Counted from the first letter of the stretch, positions 1 to 14,655 are shown. The stretch is 64,000 bases of DNA from Tubiluchus corallicola (GCA_030141605.1 JAQGDQ010000026.1:558001-622000); one strand, 5' to 3'. Numbers and translations are program-made. Notes: a model not told the origin generated them from the letters alone.

Positions 1-3000
1 AAGCGACTGTTACTGATGAATGTAGGATAAAGAAAGTAAGACTTATGAGGTATAATATCACAATTAATTGTCTTGGATAGCTGCGGTAAAGATCATCATG
101 AAGAATGTAATTGCTAAAATAACTTTCTGGTCAATGTTATAATGCTAAAATCAAATGATACAAATTCATCAGGCAGTAAAAAGTTACAGCCTAAACAATT
201 TTGTACTCTTCATTACAAGTACAACGGGAGTGTCTCTACACCCAATCTCTACCTCATTCGGTGTTTAGACGTGTCGACGTGCATCAAAGTAAATTGCCAG
301 TACATAACTCACATACTATTTAAACAGACCTAGATTAGATCATAAGCCTTGCAAACAAACTAATCTTGTTATTGCCTCTAGATTTATATGTAAAGTCTAT
401 AGTTCAGTTGCACTAATGCCGTATATGGTAGCAACAAAGTTCTAAAATACTAACACTTGTTTTTATGATATATTGCAAAAATGCATGAGTAAATTTGATG
501 TGTGATTATTAATGCATTTTAAGGTTTATCATCTTGATCAATGCAAATAAGGCCTCGGCTGGCTGGGATCAATTTTATAATGACACTAGTGGCCAGCCAC
601 TCATTCAGAAGCGGGAGATTTGTGTAAATATGAACTCTGCATGGTAAGGAAATTTCAGGAACTTCAGTAGTGACGTCAAAAGTCGTTTACTGGAAGTAAA
701 ACTAGGATGAAAGGGTTGATATTCAGAACAAATTCTGATGCTGGCTTTAAGCGATTTTACTAACACTGCAGTATGATATTTTTCTACTGAAATCCTTAAA
801 CGCCATCTAAAAGTGGTTTTTAAAGTACCGTAAAAATAGGAACAACTGATTTTTACATTCAAACTGCCGTAAGTTTTTTGTTAGTTTTTATTCTAAATTG
901 CGTTTGCTAGTTATATTGCCACAACACACAATCTATCTTTCGAAGATATTGTTCTTAAGATAAAAAAATCGTACAAAGTTTTTTATTAAAAAACCAATGT
1001 CCCCCATTCACCCCGTTTTACGGTATATACTTTAGGTATCTAAATAATGCTAGTATGCTACCTTTACAAAAGATAAAAAATGAGAAGATGGGCTCAGAAA
1101 AAGAGAAATAGCAGAGCTTTACCTACGATCAACTAAGATCGGAATGTAGAAGAATTCATTTAACTAACGGGAAGGATTTGTGAGAGTATATAAAGCATTG
1201 CAAAACACGTAACCGTATAAAAACAAGGGCTTAGCTAAGTCTATTTTGGTTTTTCAACTTTCTACTTCTTTCAATACATTTTCAGCCAGCCCAGCATGTT
1301 GATGAAACACGCGAATCTATGCTGGCGACTTTTTACTTCATCCGTCCGGCGCAGTGTGATTTATTACTGGAGCTGCTCCCTGGTATTTCCATCAGTTACT
1401 GTAACAACCTACAGCATTTTATTTTCGCTCATTCTCTCCGGACGTGCCAATGCATTTAGTTTAGCCCCTCGAATTCATTAGTGCATTATAATAAAATGCA
1501 TTTTTTCGTCTGTTTGTTTGATGGCGATTATCTCAGTTTATCTGTCCACTGTCAATGTCACTCGCCCCTGCAAATTTTTTAGATATCCAGACACAATAGA
1601 GTGTGGTACGTCATTAGTCTAGGTAATTTACACGGAACAATAAACTTTAAGCTGGCTAAGTTGGCGCTATATGATGGAAACGCAGATACTATCTCGGCAC
1701 AGAATAAGTCTGTACTTTTCTGTAAGGGATCGCTTCGTGCAGGGCCAGTGAGTGATTTAGATTCGTTATCTACAGCAGAACGCAAAGTACAGTAAACCAA
1801 TGCTATTAGCCGTGGCCTGCACACTATCTCGATACCTTGGTCATGCAGAAATACAAGCTATAGTTACATTACTACAACATACGATGATGTGAAGGTAACC
1901 ACGTAGGCATTAAACCATGTAGTAACCAGAAAACTGGATTTAATCTCATGATATTAGGCTTTTCAACCATTCCTTTGACGGTGAGATCTGGTTGCTAAGT
2001 GGATGGGTGACATCCAGGAATTGCTGCCCTGAGATTACATTTGTATCTCATCTTAGACAATAATTTTTGATAATGAAGTAGGTTCCGGTCCTGTCATAAC
2101 TATTAACATGATAAATAGCTCCTGCAGCTGTGTTTATTGTTCTTAAGACACCTTTTTATCAGCTTAGATGGAAAAAATTTGCTAGTTTTCAACCTATAAA
2201 ACTGGCTTTGTTGATTCACTGCACATAAACTTACTGAGCAGATCTGAAATCACAAAGCAACTAGAAGGCTAAGGGTACATGCGAGGAAGTATTCATTTCG
2301 CGAACTGGGGTCAAAATCGACAAGGCACCGACTCCAAGAGGGTAATGCCCATAGTGATGTAGACTAAGCTTCGATAGTGCTTTCTTCAGTAATCATAGCG
2401 TAATGACATTATAAAGAAATGTGTTGAATGAAAATGTCTTAAAAATGTTACAAATGTATTACAAAAATGGGTTAAGACTCCGGTTGACGACTCAAAAAAC
2501 CAAAGAGGCACCCGGGCTGACTATTGTGTTTAGGAACATTTTCTCTATCATATGCGTTCGAGAATGGCTAAGCTTGAATTTTCTACAGTCAGCAGGAAGA
2601 AGATTCAAACAAAAATCATTTCAGTTCGATTAACAGATTTTACATTTGCAGCAACGTCATTTATGATCAGTGGATAAGCGCCAGTTAAGTGTCCAGCTGA
2701 TGAAGTGGGTGGTGGCCGTGGTCATTGTACAGCCAAGCCTGGAACTGGAAACTGCACAGCGAGCAAGATAAATGTGTATAGATGTATAGTTGTTTAGGTT
2801 TACATTTAGACAACTTTAACACACTTACTGACGTGCAAGAAGTATGTGGTTTAATTGGTAATGCAATGAACTATTTCTGCACCAGTCGCAGGGAGAAAAC
2901 GCAACAGGTTTAAGGCATTCACATAACGCAGTTGGCAATTTATTCGAAAACAAAACCTAAGAACAAGTATACAGTTTTTCTCTGAGATCAAATAGCTTCA

Positions 3001-5333
3001 AAGTTTGCATAAACAGCAGCTGCCTGATGTCTTTAACCACTCCTAGCTTAATTCATTAAAGCTTAGCTCGCTTAGATAAATAACAGCACGAATTTCAACG
3101 CCATCTTACGCATAGCTGAGTGTTTAATAAGATTACGTAACTGGAGGGTCGTACAAATGCAGCAAACAGGTTTCTCCAAGAAATCTGCGCTGTAATTATA
3201 AGCTGTTGCACTCCTGCTGGTTACTTATATGACTTCTACTTGAATGGCGTAAGTGATTCCCAAAGCAGAACAATTAGGATGAAAGGAGAAATGTTGTGGG
3301 GGCAAGGATGAACGTTTAAAACTGCAAAGAAATGCATTATTGTTGAATCAAGGTTGAACGTAACATCTGATGTTCTAAATTGTTTACATGTTTTAAATTT
3401 AGTCTGCTTAAGTACTGCTTGTAAATGAGAAATTTTGTTGATCAAATTTGTAGAAAATTACGTGAAAATCATTGTCTTATATTTAATAGACAACTTGTAA
3501 GACTAATTTTGACCATAACGCGTCAGCCCAGTGAAAAATTTAGTGATATTAAGAGCGAAAGACTCGAAAAGTCGCCAAAATGTCATCAATCAAAATATGC
3601 AAGGGATGCCAAAATTAAAATATGACTAGACTCTTCTATTGCTTAACGACAAGAAGAAAATTGCTAACAAAATGCTACAATTTTTTGCGTCGTGCAGAAA
3701 ACCTTGCGAAATGTCACACTGTGTTTTTGAGGTATCCCTACATTGTATTTAAATAAGTATAGATTAGCAATCGTGTTTTTTATCATCTTGGCATCCTGCC
3801 AACTAGCAAACAGTACGCCTACTATACTGTTGTTTGATTTACAGCTGATCATTAAATGCATCATACAAGTACAACTAAAATATGTAGCTATTAGATAAAA
3901 CTAGTTACTATAATGAATTACATAATTTGTGCCATTTGTACGTTTAAAAAAGGTGTTTAGAACCCCGACCTTCATGTTTATTGTGATTTAACACACGCAT
4001 TACAGACTGCCTAGATAACATGCGAGAGAAAATATCAAACATAAATTTCAAATTTATTTGCAAACAAATTCTACGGTTCACTACACAAAATGTACCACAA
4101 ACTGCACCACGCTGCCACATAGATTACGAAATATGCAATCTGTTATGGGTACAATACACATGTAGAAAGAGCATATAACGAAATGCCCGAAATTTTGGAG
4201 AAACCCGATTTGCAAGTTTTTTAAGTAAAGCTATTGACGGTACAGTTCAGCAAGTTGCTGTCTATTATGAGATTTTGAAATATATACATCCCTGCCGCTT
4301 GCTAAAGTAAGCAGAATTATTATTGGAGCACGAAACAATCTACATTGATTGCAAAATTTAATCGAAAACTAGAAGGTTTTAGCACGACTGCAAATCAAAG
4401 ATTATAAAATAACACTCGTGGATAAATTACTTCACCTCACACACTGATGGTAAAAATCTGTGACTTAGTGGCTATATCAAAATTTGCTTCCTTATCTAAC
4501 AATAATTGCTCAGAGCTAATTAATGTCAGGCTTCAGAATGTGAAAAAGTCACAAGTCCTTTCAAAATGCTGGTGAAGGTTTCAAGTGCATCCTCACTTTA
4601 TACAGCTTTAATATTTATGTAGAACATTGCAGATATTTGATCCGTTTTTTTCTTCAAAAAATAGCAGTTTACTAACCCGTATAAAATTAATCTAGAAACG
4701 AAACAACGGAATTGAGGCTATAAGAACGTGTTAAAAACCACATCTTATTTTTGACTGCGTCCCCAATAACGACGACGTAGACGCGGGGAAACACTGACCA
4801 CTTGGGTCCCATTTAATGGAATGGATCCATAAACGACAACAGAATTGACAAAGTGATTATACCAGATTTCTAGGTTTGGTCTGACGTTTAACGGAATAGA
4901 TTCGCCATAAACGAAGTTTATATACATGAACTATAAAAGGTGTTTACGGAATGCGGCGTTACCTTATTGCGTAACTTATTCCTACCGGTTATGTATCACA
5001 TACACTCTTCTCCGTAAAAGTAACTTTGCTGTTAAGCTGCAATGAGCGACAAACTAATAACTATTCCACCCTGAGGTAATGGATCCGCCCCAATGTTAAA
5101 TGAAGGCACGCGGATAAGAGCGCGGACGTGCCGTCATGACTGTGGCCTCATTTGGAACTTTCCTGTCCTACTTGCATGGAAAGAATTCAGCAAAAACTCA
5201 CTGTTCTAAATTTTTTACATCATTGCAAGTTCTGCTAATGTCAAGCATGGCAATGAAACAGTTTCAGTGGCGAAAGCAAGTGCCACAATGTAGTCAGTAT
5301 CAGTGGGTAGAATTTTTGGCAGCCACAGTTTAA

Positions 5334-5584
5334 GGCCCGTTTTTCTTGCTGCAACAAGACGAATCTCTGGTGGTGTTCCGTCATTTTACCAGCGATTTGA
5401 AAAGCGACACATCGCTTGTCGCAACGATTAATGTTTTCCTGGAGGCGGTTTTATCGCTCTAGCGCTACAGCGATTTCTAGCTGGTGAGATTTGCAAGAAA
5501 TTTTCTCTCGCTGTGAAAAGACTTTTAGGAGCGCTTTTGTCGCAATATTGCCAACAGCGATAGAATCACTAGTCAGAACGGACC
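5334..5584. mobile_element. Small MITE with TTAA flanks (Kolobok- or Harbinger-like)
   Basis: TTAA|GGCCCGTT...AACGGACC|TTAA, with internal TCGC/GCGA-rich repeats in otherwise CpG-poor DNA. Confidence 0.45.
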
Positions 5585-7239
5585 TTAATAAGTTTTAGTT
5601 TCTGTTGACCTGTCACTGTGAAATTTTTATCTTATTAAATTTTGCTCATAATTTAACGTTAAGTTCACATTGAAACACCATATTCATCGTACCCCAAGGT
5701 ATCTTGCTTGGTAAAGTGAGACGTACGCTCCTACGCATGGAGTAAACACCTTGAATCGATTTTTACAACATCTAACTTAATTAGGTATTTCAAACTACTT
5801 GAAATTAACGTTCTTTCTGGTAGTACTACACGCAAGGAATATGTTATAAAGACAAGTTATAAGGGACAAAGAAAGCGGCAAGAAGTTCAAGGGATCATTG
5901 CATAAAATACATATACCGACATGCTTATTTAGTTCCTATTAGCATCGCCAAGTATGTAAGGTAACACATCCACAACGTTGAATATAGTTTAAAATGATGT
6001 GTCTTAAAGAAATGGACATTTTTGAATTCTATCCAAGTGAGTACATTTGGTAACTACGCACACCATTTTATAACAAATGACCGAAATAAAACTTTTATAA
6101 TTGATTGTATACATAACAATGTCATTGATGTTTATAATTTAATCTAATCTGCTATCCTGGAGACAGGTGCAGGGCCTATCTCTACCTGTACTGCAGAGTT
6201 GTTTACCGAGTATTCACCAGTTGCTATTTCTGAACAAAAGTACGAAAAGTACAAAAGTACGAATATAGTATCAGCCATTTTGCCCAAGCAGTTCAACAAG
6301 AAGCTCGTTTCCATGAGAGAAACTTGTAACCAAGCAAAGCGTATTGCATTACAGTAGACAGTGCAATTGCAATGACAGCTCCTGTCCTAGACACATACGT
6401 GATAGGCCATAGTTTACCGGGTATATATGAAGCAAACATGAAGATTAATGTATAAGAGAGATAGAGTGGTGTTTGTCCCTCCTTAACAAACGCACCCTTT
6501 GCACTCTTATCACTTTTCATATATACTAATCGAGCAGACAAACTGATAAGAAAGTATGACATGCGCTAACAGTGAAAAATATTTGGCAATAACGTATTAT
6601 AAGATGATAGTAAACAAAAAAGTATTTTCAGTTTACATGATAGCCAAAGTACGGTAGTCTCAATCTATACACATAGGCATGGAGTTCAATTTATTCAGGA
6701 CGAACTACTATTTAAAATTTGACGTAGCGGAAAAAATGCTATGATTATATCCATTACACTATTTAGGTCAAAAGTCTGAGAAAACGTGTTGTTAAAAAAC
6801 ACACAAAACCTAAATATTTTACAATTAAACTCTAAAAGCAGACTATTTTATTCTTATTTATGTATGAAAACAAATCTTTTGGAATCTAAAAAGAAACAAT
6901 GTTTCACTGTCAGACATTTCGGTCTCAAAGAGAATGCCTGGAATTTTGCAAAGCTCACCAATCAAACAACTAACGAAGAACACTAAAACATAACTTAGGG
7001 ACACTAGTAAGCACACTAACTACTTGCTAGGTGAAATTTAAGATTATTCATGTCTAAAAGTAGCAATTTTCTATTATCCATCTATTCCATTTGTTTAGGT
7101 TAATTGCTAATTTCTATATGTATTCAATATAAAGTAATTATTGCATGTGCCACAACTGTGTGCATATTGTATTGTTAATTAAACTTAATATAAACTGAAT
7201 TGCCATAAAGTAAAACTTAAAATAAAATGTATTTTATTT

Positions 7240-7311
7240 TATGATTCGCAGTTGTCTAATAACTTTTATTCCTCGTATGATTCGCAGTTGTCTAATAACT
7301 TTTATTCCTCG
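7240..7311. repeat. Perfect 36-bp tandem duplication
   Basis: TATGATTCGCAGTTGTCTAATAACTTTTATTCCTCG x2. Confidence 0.9.
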
Positions 7312-10300
7312 TAATTTTTTTTACAAAGTTGCAAACTAATAACAATGCAAATTGAAAATTAAACGCTTAGGATATGCTTGAGAAAAATGTGTTGCATCTA
7401 TGTACACCTAAGTGTATATACATGTACATTAGATATTCTAATACAGATCTTCCGTTTAAACGTGACAGGCATTACAAATCAATCAAATCCGCAAGTCTAA
7501 TCACATCGTTTAAATCTATACATGTTTTGCAATAGCTCGACCCATGTCAGCACAATGGTAGAAGAGTTTTTAACAAAAATACCTCTGTCTGAGTATGATG
7601 CATAGTAATGGATGCGCCTTTGATGAGGCATTTAATAACTGGTTTGGAACGGCAGATAACTAACTGACCAGTTAACCCAGTGTAAAAACCGGCACATCCC
7701 CAAGCTATAGCCACTTTTAACTACTTTTGCTTTCAGATTGTTCTAACCATGATGGATGATCTGACCAAACTGGCTATTATACCAGATGGCTATAATATCG
7801 CTTGTATTAGTAAAGCCGTAGCAAAACACCATAGAACGCCATTAAAGACCACTCCACGGTGAGTGTGCATCCTATAAACAGTGAGGAAGAAGAAAAGAAT
7901 GGCAAGCTCCAAAGACGGTCTGTGTAAATTTCTAACGCCTGTTATAAGGGCCCCTGTTAGGCATATCATTCTAAAGTAACAAATGCTTACAAAGAATTTA
8001 ATAGAAACAAAATACAGATAAAGAAGGAAGTCATTTACCAATTATCACCAATCATTGTTTGTACACTAACTGCATTATTCATTGGGAAAATTAAATCAAA
8101 ATCAGTAATTATATATTTAGTAATTAAATTTCATTTTAAAGCTAACAAACGAGGTAAATGTATAAAAGGCGTTTTCACAGTTTAGTTTCCTCTGAGTTTA
8201 TAATCTTCCTTAATACCTGATTCAGCAAAAGTAAAGCTGTTAACAGTGTTTAATTTCTTACTTGCACATTATTATGTAATATAATTATCCCATCGCACGT
8301 ACAGTACGCTGTGATACATTTCAGTTTCACATGTACATGTGTACTACAAAATTGCACTGAATCTGATTTAAAGTTCAGCAGGTACGATTTAGAGACCACA
8401 CATACAGCGGTATTACAGAAACTTCTAAACAAATCAGCAGTTTCTATCACTGAAATAAAACGGATAGGTGTTTGGTAAAAAATGAAACTAGGGAAATTAT
8501 TTTGGGTTACTCTGATTAGCTGCATCTATTGTATATAATACATTATTTTATCTCCCACGAGTCGCTGTGCTAATTATAATCGCATGAATACAATTACAAA
8601 CACCTGAAACACATTTTAGTTATAACTAACGCAAATGTCACAACTGATAGCGCACTTAGACACTTTATGTTACTAATTAGTAACTACAGATAACTTTCGC
8701 CCATGCAAGCGTAACCAGAAAAGTGCAACGCAACGTTAGGCAACAGTACGTGATATGTTATTAACAAATCTGTTATTTTCGGATATGTTATTAAAACCAT
8801 TTGAACCAATACGTACACACCGAGCACATGAAGCGCAATTCAAGCAAACAGCAGATAATAAATTTAATATGAATACTAAAAAAGCTACGTTACGATGTCC
8901 ATGAACTATGGTGCCTTTCAGTTCCAAATATGCGAGTTTTATGAACAGCTACCTTTGATTGTATACTTTTGCATTATTCATGTACGTGATTTGGCATAAT
9001 TACACTCCCTATGTACTTTTATGTATTGTAGCGCATTTATACATAATATTACGATATTGCGTGTTGATACAGTCATTTCCAAGAAATTATCATAATCATT
9101 ATAAAACTGCAATTATCACGGACCGCGTTACTTTTTAGCTTGTTTGAAGTAACGAAGATGCGCAATTATGACATACGTGCTTGAAAAACTTTATAATTAA
9201 TTTTACCTCTAATTCAAAAATAGTCGCAATAAGTTTTATAAAGTTTTTCAAGCACGTATGTCATAATTGGGCATCTTCGTTACTTCAAACAAGCTAAAAA
9301 GTAACACCTTCTTTTTCTCTCTGTAGAACTTATTCAAACATCTGGTTGTACAGCACAGAATTTTAGCTTTATCAATTCTATTGTAGCTGACACGCTGTAC
9401 TTGTTTATGAATCCCCACCCCTTTCCACCGCATTGCTATACTTCAGTAGTGTTAGCTGCCTGCAAGTGTGAATTGGCTAGAGCTTTGCATGCATGAGAAT
9501 GTCTGTTGTTGAAAGGGTACCCTGGAGCCTCTTTTGTGGCTGCTCCATGGATGGTAACACTACCCACATAGGCACAGTGAGTACAGTAATCGACCTACAC
9601 CAACTTTTGTATTTAGTCGCAGAAAAAGGAAATCCTGAATGGGAACCCAGAGTCTGTCCATTACAATCACACAGCACGCAGACAGTGTCTAATACCAAAA
9701 CCTGTAGTCATGCAAGAGCGAATAGTGGAGTCGTCCGAGCATACAATCCGGGCTAGATTACGGCTGTCTACGCATACAAACTACTTTTCCACACAAAATG
9801 CCTATTCGATTTGACTAGCCAGGTGTAGCTAACTGGACTCCCAAAGGAAGTTATTTCTACTTAGAATTAATTGTGCCTACCCATTAAGTGTTATCGGCAA
9901 TTGTAAAGAACGAGCGAGTGAAAACACACTAAATTCTACCATACCTGTCTTCACACACTAACTACACGCACTGTAGAACATTTCTTATGTGCTGTACTTA
10001 GCGGAATAAAGACTGGCCTTCAGCAATATTTGAGGTAGATTTATCAATCATGACTGGTTATTTGGCTCTGTACTAAATCCGTTTTTCAGGGCACGTCTAG
10101 TACAGAGAATTCGCAAGAGCGAATAAGCAATTCCGTAACCAAGAAATGTTTGCTCATAAGTAAGCTAGAATAAACGTCAGACTCGTGAATTACTGTTGTT
10201 TGTTGTCAATAGTGCGGATTTCCTGTAGTAAAGCTGTATGTATGTATGAAACTAAACAGGCTCAACGGTCTTAAATAAAAGCAGCAAATCACGTATGATA

Positions 10301-11256
10301 CCTTGTTAAAAATTAAAATACTGTATATTGTTATAGAACTACATGAATGATGCAGTTAATTTACATAATGGTAATATACAAATGATAAATGATGCGTCTT
10401 ACACGTCTCGCACAACACGATCAGCAAGTGTTCCGTACACTATACATAAACACTTGAAATTAAAACTCTTTGGTGATTTAACAAATTATAATTTATAAAA
10501 AAGAATATATACTCTATTCATTTTAATTACGTATACACAAACCCGATATTAAATACTAGCGTAACTTTACCAACATGCACACACAAATGTTTAAATGAAA
10601 AAATAAATACACGTTTAAGTTAAGTAATAGCGATTAACTAAAGTAAGCCACTGGCTTCTATAGCGCTGTTGGTCCACGTTATTGCAATGTATCAACTGAC
10701 TAAACATTTTCATAAATACGCAAACAAATCAACTGAACAGGCCAGAGTGATCAAATGGTATAAACTAATTATTCACTGAATGTCTATACGTAATAACAAA
10801 GAGACAACTATTATCCAAAGGAATGTGAAGACAATGTAATAATGACAATTTCCTATTATATGAGTTGAGCATTAAATTTGACGACAAACGTAAAATAATA
10901 AAGAGGTTTTTCTCCTAAAATCTTGACTTGAAATGTTAGAGACAATACCCGATGTTACTACTCACAAACGGAGTGACAAAAATTAAACACACTGTCGGGT
11001 GAAAACTAAAACTGTATAAAATAACTAAAACTACCACAATTATGAACTCTCCACTTGGTGGAGTCATCACTCAACCTATGTTTGAAAATAAATACTTTTT
11101 ATAAACATTTTGATACAGTGGAAAATATTAAGTGTAAAATCATTAAATAGTCCATAAGTTACCACACAAATTATCGACAGGTGTTACGAGTCTTAAATAG
11201 TTCGTGATGCTGCTTACAAAAAAGGCACTGTCGGTTAAGACCACACTAGCTTCACT

Positions 11257-12907
11257 TTAGAGGTCGTCGCTTATGGAAAGACGACTGAAAATAGGTAGAC
11301 GCAGGCCTCTGCTCACATCCAGCGGTGACTCGATTGGGCTGTCTCTATCCGAATTAGTGCTGGAACTCACTGGTGAAGCTGGCGCATCCATCAGCAGCTC
11401 GTGATACACATCATCCGTGTTGCGAGGCTGGAATCGCTGGTTTCGGTTGCTGTCGTACACACTCCGGTTGTTGTTGTTGGTAGCAGTAAATGCAGAAGTG
11501 GACGTATTTCTTCCTGGGCTGAGCAATGAATCAGTCTGCGGGAATGTGAAGACATTATTCAAGTTGAAAGTGGCTGGCGAAAATACGGAATATTGATCGT
11601 CCTGATCGAAGAACGTCGGTGATACCGGACTGGTACTGAGACTTGATGTTGGTGAGTCGGCAACAGAACCTAAACTAAAGGCACGCATGGTGTTAGACAA
11701 AGACTTTGGACGCTCTGTAGGTCTGCCAATTGGTTGGTTAGCGTATTGCATGGAAGGTGCAGGAGTGGTCGGAGTAGGTGGTGGCGAGCGTTTCTCCTCC
11801 GGATTGTGGATGAAGTGGCAGCGAGGTCCATATGGGCAGAACCCAATTGTGTGGAATGTGCGGCAGAGTTCAGTCTTGTATTTTGGATGGCGAGATAGAT
11901 TTCTTAGCTCATGCATGCCATGTGCAAACTGACACTTGTCTCCATACTTGCACGTACCATTTTCCTCGAATGGCCTACACAATTCTGTCTTGTATCTGCT
12001 AGAGTTCGCCTGCGAAGCTTTAGCTTGGTTGCGATCACCGGGTTCACTGACAGCCCTGTCTAACTTCTTGTGGACCTCATTGCTGATCAGAGCTGAGGCA
12101 TTTCCCGACAATGGTGCTAGAAGACCTTTGTTAAGGCCAAGTTTGTCCTCAACAGGCTGGAAAGCGCAGGATGGTTGAGCACTAGCCGTGCGGCGTAGTT
12201 GAGCATGATGTTGTGGCTGTTGTTGCTGACTGCTGAAGGCAGACATGCCTGAGCCAAAATCTTGGTTGTTAAATGTCATAGGTGTCCCAACGGCTTTCCG
12301 TTGCTGTTGCTGCAGCAAGTTATTGGCATTCTAAAAGAGAAAAAATTTACAATTTACTTCATATGAAAGTTAAAAAGTCAAAACGTTTTTAAACAGAAAT
12401 CGCTTTAAACTATTGAAAGATTATAGTCATACAGCACAATTATCTTCGTTTTGACCATATTGGAATGCAGCATACAACGCAATGCAACAACGTTGCGCGC
12501 TGAGATGAACTTAGTAATGACGCAACTGTTAATGACTACAGTTATTTAAGGAGCTTAGCAACAAAGTTTTCTGACACTTCTGACTTAAGTAGCAGTTACT
12601 TAAGAAGTATAACTAAATTCAACCAGTATAAAAACAGTACTTTCCGACTCGAGTATAGAAAGGCGCAACTCGCATAATTTAGGAAACCAAAAAAATTTTA
12701 GTTTTTACTTTCGGTAAATTTTCGTTGAAGAAACAACTTAATGCAAGTAGCGAGAAGTTATGAAAACCGAAGGAGCTATTTACGTTCAATATAACTTAAA
12801 ATTACTTGCGCGTGTGTGGTAACAAAACGTACAGTTATCATACTCACATTTAATGCAAAAACATCGTCGACGTTGAAATAGCTCGGAGATAACAATCCAG
12901 TTGACAT
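11257..12907 (-). CDS. Tis11: Tis11/ZFP36-family (tristetraprolin-like, ZFP36L1/L2-type) ARE-binding mRNA decay protein, 2 exons, ~377 aa
   Basis: Exon 1 is 12907-12848 ([20 protein letters not shown], donor GTGAGT). Exon 2 is 12330-11257 (acceptor TTTTAG, phase 0). It has tandem CCCH fingers with RYKTELC/KYKTELC lead-ins and the C-terminal CNOT1-binding motif [12 protein letters not shown]. The short first exon plus single intron matches ZFP36-family architecture. Confidence 0.96.
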
Positions 12908-13019
12908 GATCTCATAAGTTTCTAAAATGCTGCGTACACATAAATTATCTCATGTACGTACACGCGTACAGCACAAATACTCGAATACCTTTCAACTCGC
13001 CTCACTAAAGCAGCACTGC

Positions 13020-13088
13020 TTTATATCCATGCTGCACGCTGGTCTTGAAAGCGTGGTTTTAAGAGGCGGAGCATGTGCAGTGACGTCA
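13020..13088 (-). promoter_or_regulatory. Tis11 core promoter: TATA box, GC box and full CRE
   Basis: TATAAA on the minus strand at 13025-13020, GAGGCGGAG at ~13063-13071 and palindromic TGACGTCA at 13081-13088, all ~110-180 bp upstream of the ATG. Confidence 0.7.
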
Positions 13089-14561
13089 CCTACAGCGTGT
13101 TTCCCACATTGCAAACCAAACACATTGATACTTTTCGGCTGACCCAAAGGGAGGCACTTTGTTCGCAAGCATAAAGCAAGCGTTACCACATCCAGCGAAA
13201 GAATAAGGGTATATTGGAATCCCAAGAAAATGATTGATACGAACACAATGATGTGTTGATCTGTCAAATAAAACATGTTGCAGGAATTTGCTTTTTATTA
13301 TAAGGCCTCCTTCTTCTGTTCATACACTGTTAAATAATGCTACAAGTGTCGCTATTACAATCTGCTAAAAAGTTCATTAAATGACCTCAGCGGAAAGAAG
13401 AAAAACTATTACTGACAGCAGCAAACTAATTTAGTAATATGAAAAAACTCTTACTGATAGCGTTTGGAAAAGTCTATGTTGACAAGAATTGTTAACATTG
13501 TGAATGTATATTTATTAAGTACATATGTAAAATGGCTACAATTATGTTGTGACTTGTAAAAACAATTTTCAGTAGTTCTTTGAAAAAAATGGTAAAGTAC
13601 GATTCGATAACCATCTTCTGATAAAGCCATTATGAAATGATGCCAGAGGAGGCGCAACGAAAAAATTCCTAACAGATGTGTCCTTGGATATACTCAACGA
13701 AATTTCGTTTTGGATACAATAAAATTTTACTTATTTGTTTACTTTCTGAACTTGTTTTCTCATGAACGATAACAAATAAAAATTTTTAAACTTATACTTA
13801 AGTATTACAATAATGTTTTATACCACCAATAACTCTAAGGCACAAGATCTTTCATTCTGCTTCGGGTCAGTTTTAGCTCATTTTCTTGAAGAAAACATGG
13901 AAATTACGATCAACAGTGCTTATAAACTGATTAACGTTACGATAAAAACACACACGAAATGTGTTGCTTATGTTTAGCTACAAATTAGACACTCTACTGA
14001 ACTCAACCAAGAAGTTCGTTGAGGTAATATCGTTATAAGACAAAAGTTGTAACATTTCTCAGCTTTTAACGATAATCGTCAAATATTTCATGAAAAATAT
14101 GAAACTAATCAAAATTGAAACATCGACCGAAAGTCCTATGTTCAAGTTACACAGGAAACGTAATGACCAAAATTGCTGGCTTCGTTTAAGAACAAACAGC
14201 CTCGTTACTGTCCATTTCAATACCAGCAAAAACGCGTTTAGCCTCAGTCACAATTATTTATTTATTTATTTATTAAATATATCCACAATGATCATTACAG
14301 CATTGTACATAAAAGTATTTAATAATATATTTATTATTATGTGTTCAAGATGCAAAGCCGCAAATGACCCGTGGGGTACTCAAGAAGTAATTACTTGTTT
14401 AGAGTACCCAAATTAATAACAAATCATAGTAAGAATTCTAATATTAAGTATGAACAGAATTGTGGAACAGTGCTGATCTTTAAAAACTTGTACGCGGCTG
14501 TTTAAACGTGTAGAAAAACCAGACTGTAACACGGACATGACAATAAAGTTATTTTTCGGCA

Positions 14562-14655
14562 TGACGTCACGGAAGCACCCAGGTACTCGGAAATCGATAA
14601 CGAGCTGACAACTGGTTTTACCAGTTGCACTACGTGACGGCGCTCTGTGACGTCA
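14562..14655. promoter_or_regulatory. Upstream CRE pair (candidate Tis11 enhancer)
   Basis: Two perfect TGACGTCA palindromes at 14562-14569 (followed by the ETS-like CGGAAG) and 14648-14655, in a locally CpG-rich patch. Confidence 0.55.

Noticed and set aside
11687-12178. Plus-strand ORFs of 81 and 80 aa
   Set aside because: Antisense shadows of the Tis11 coding exon.
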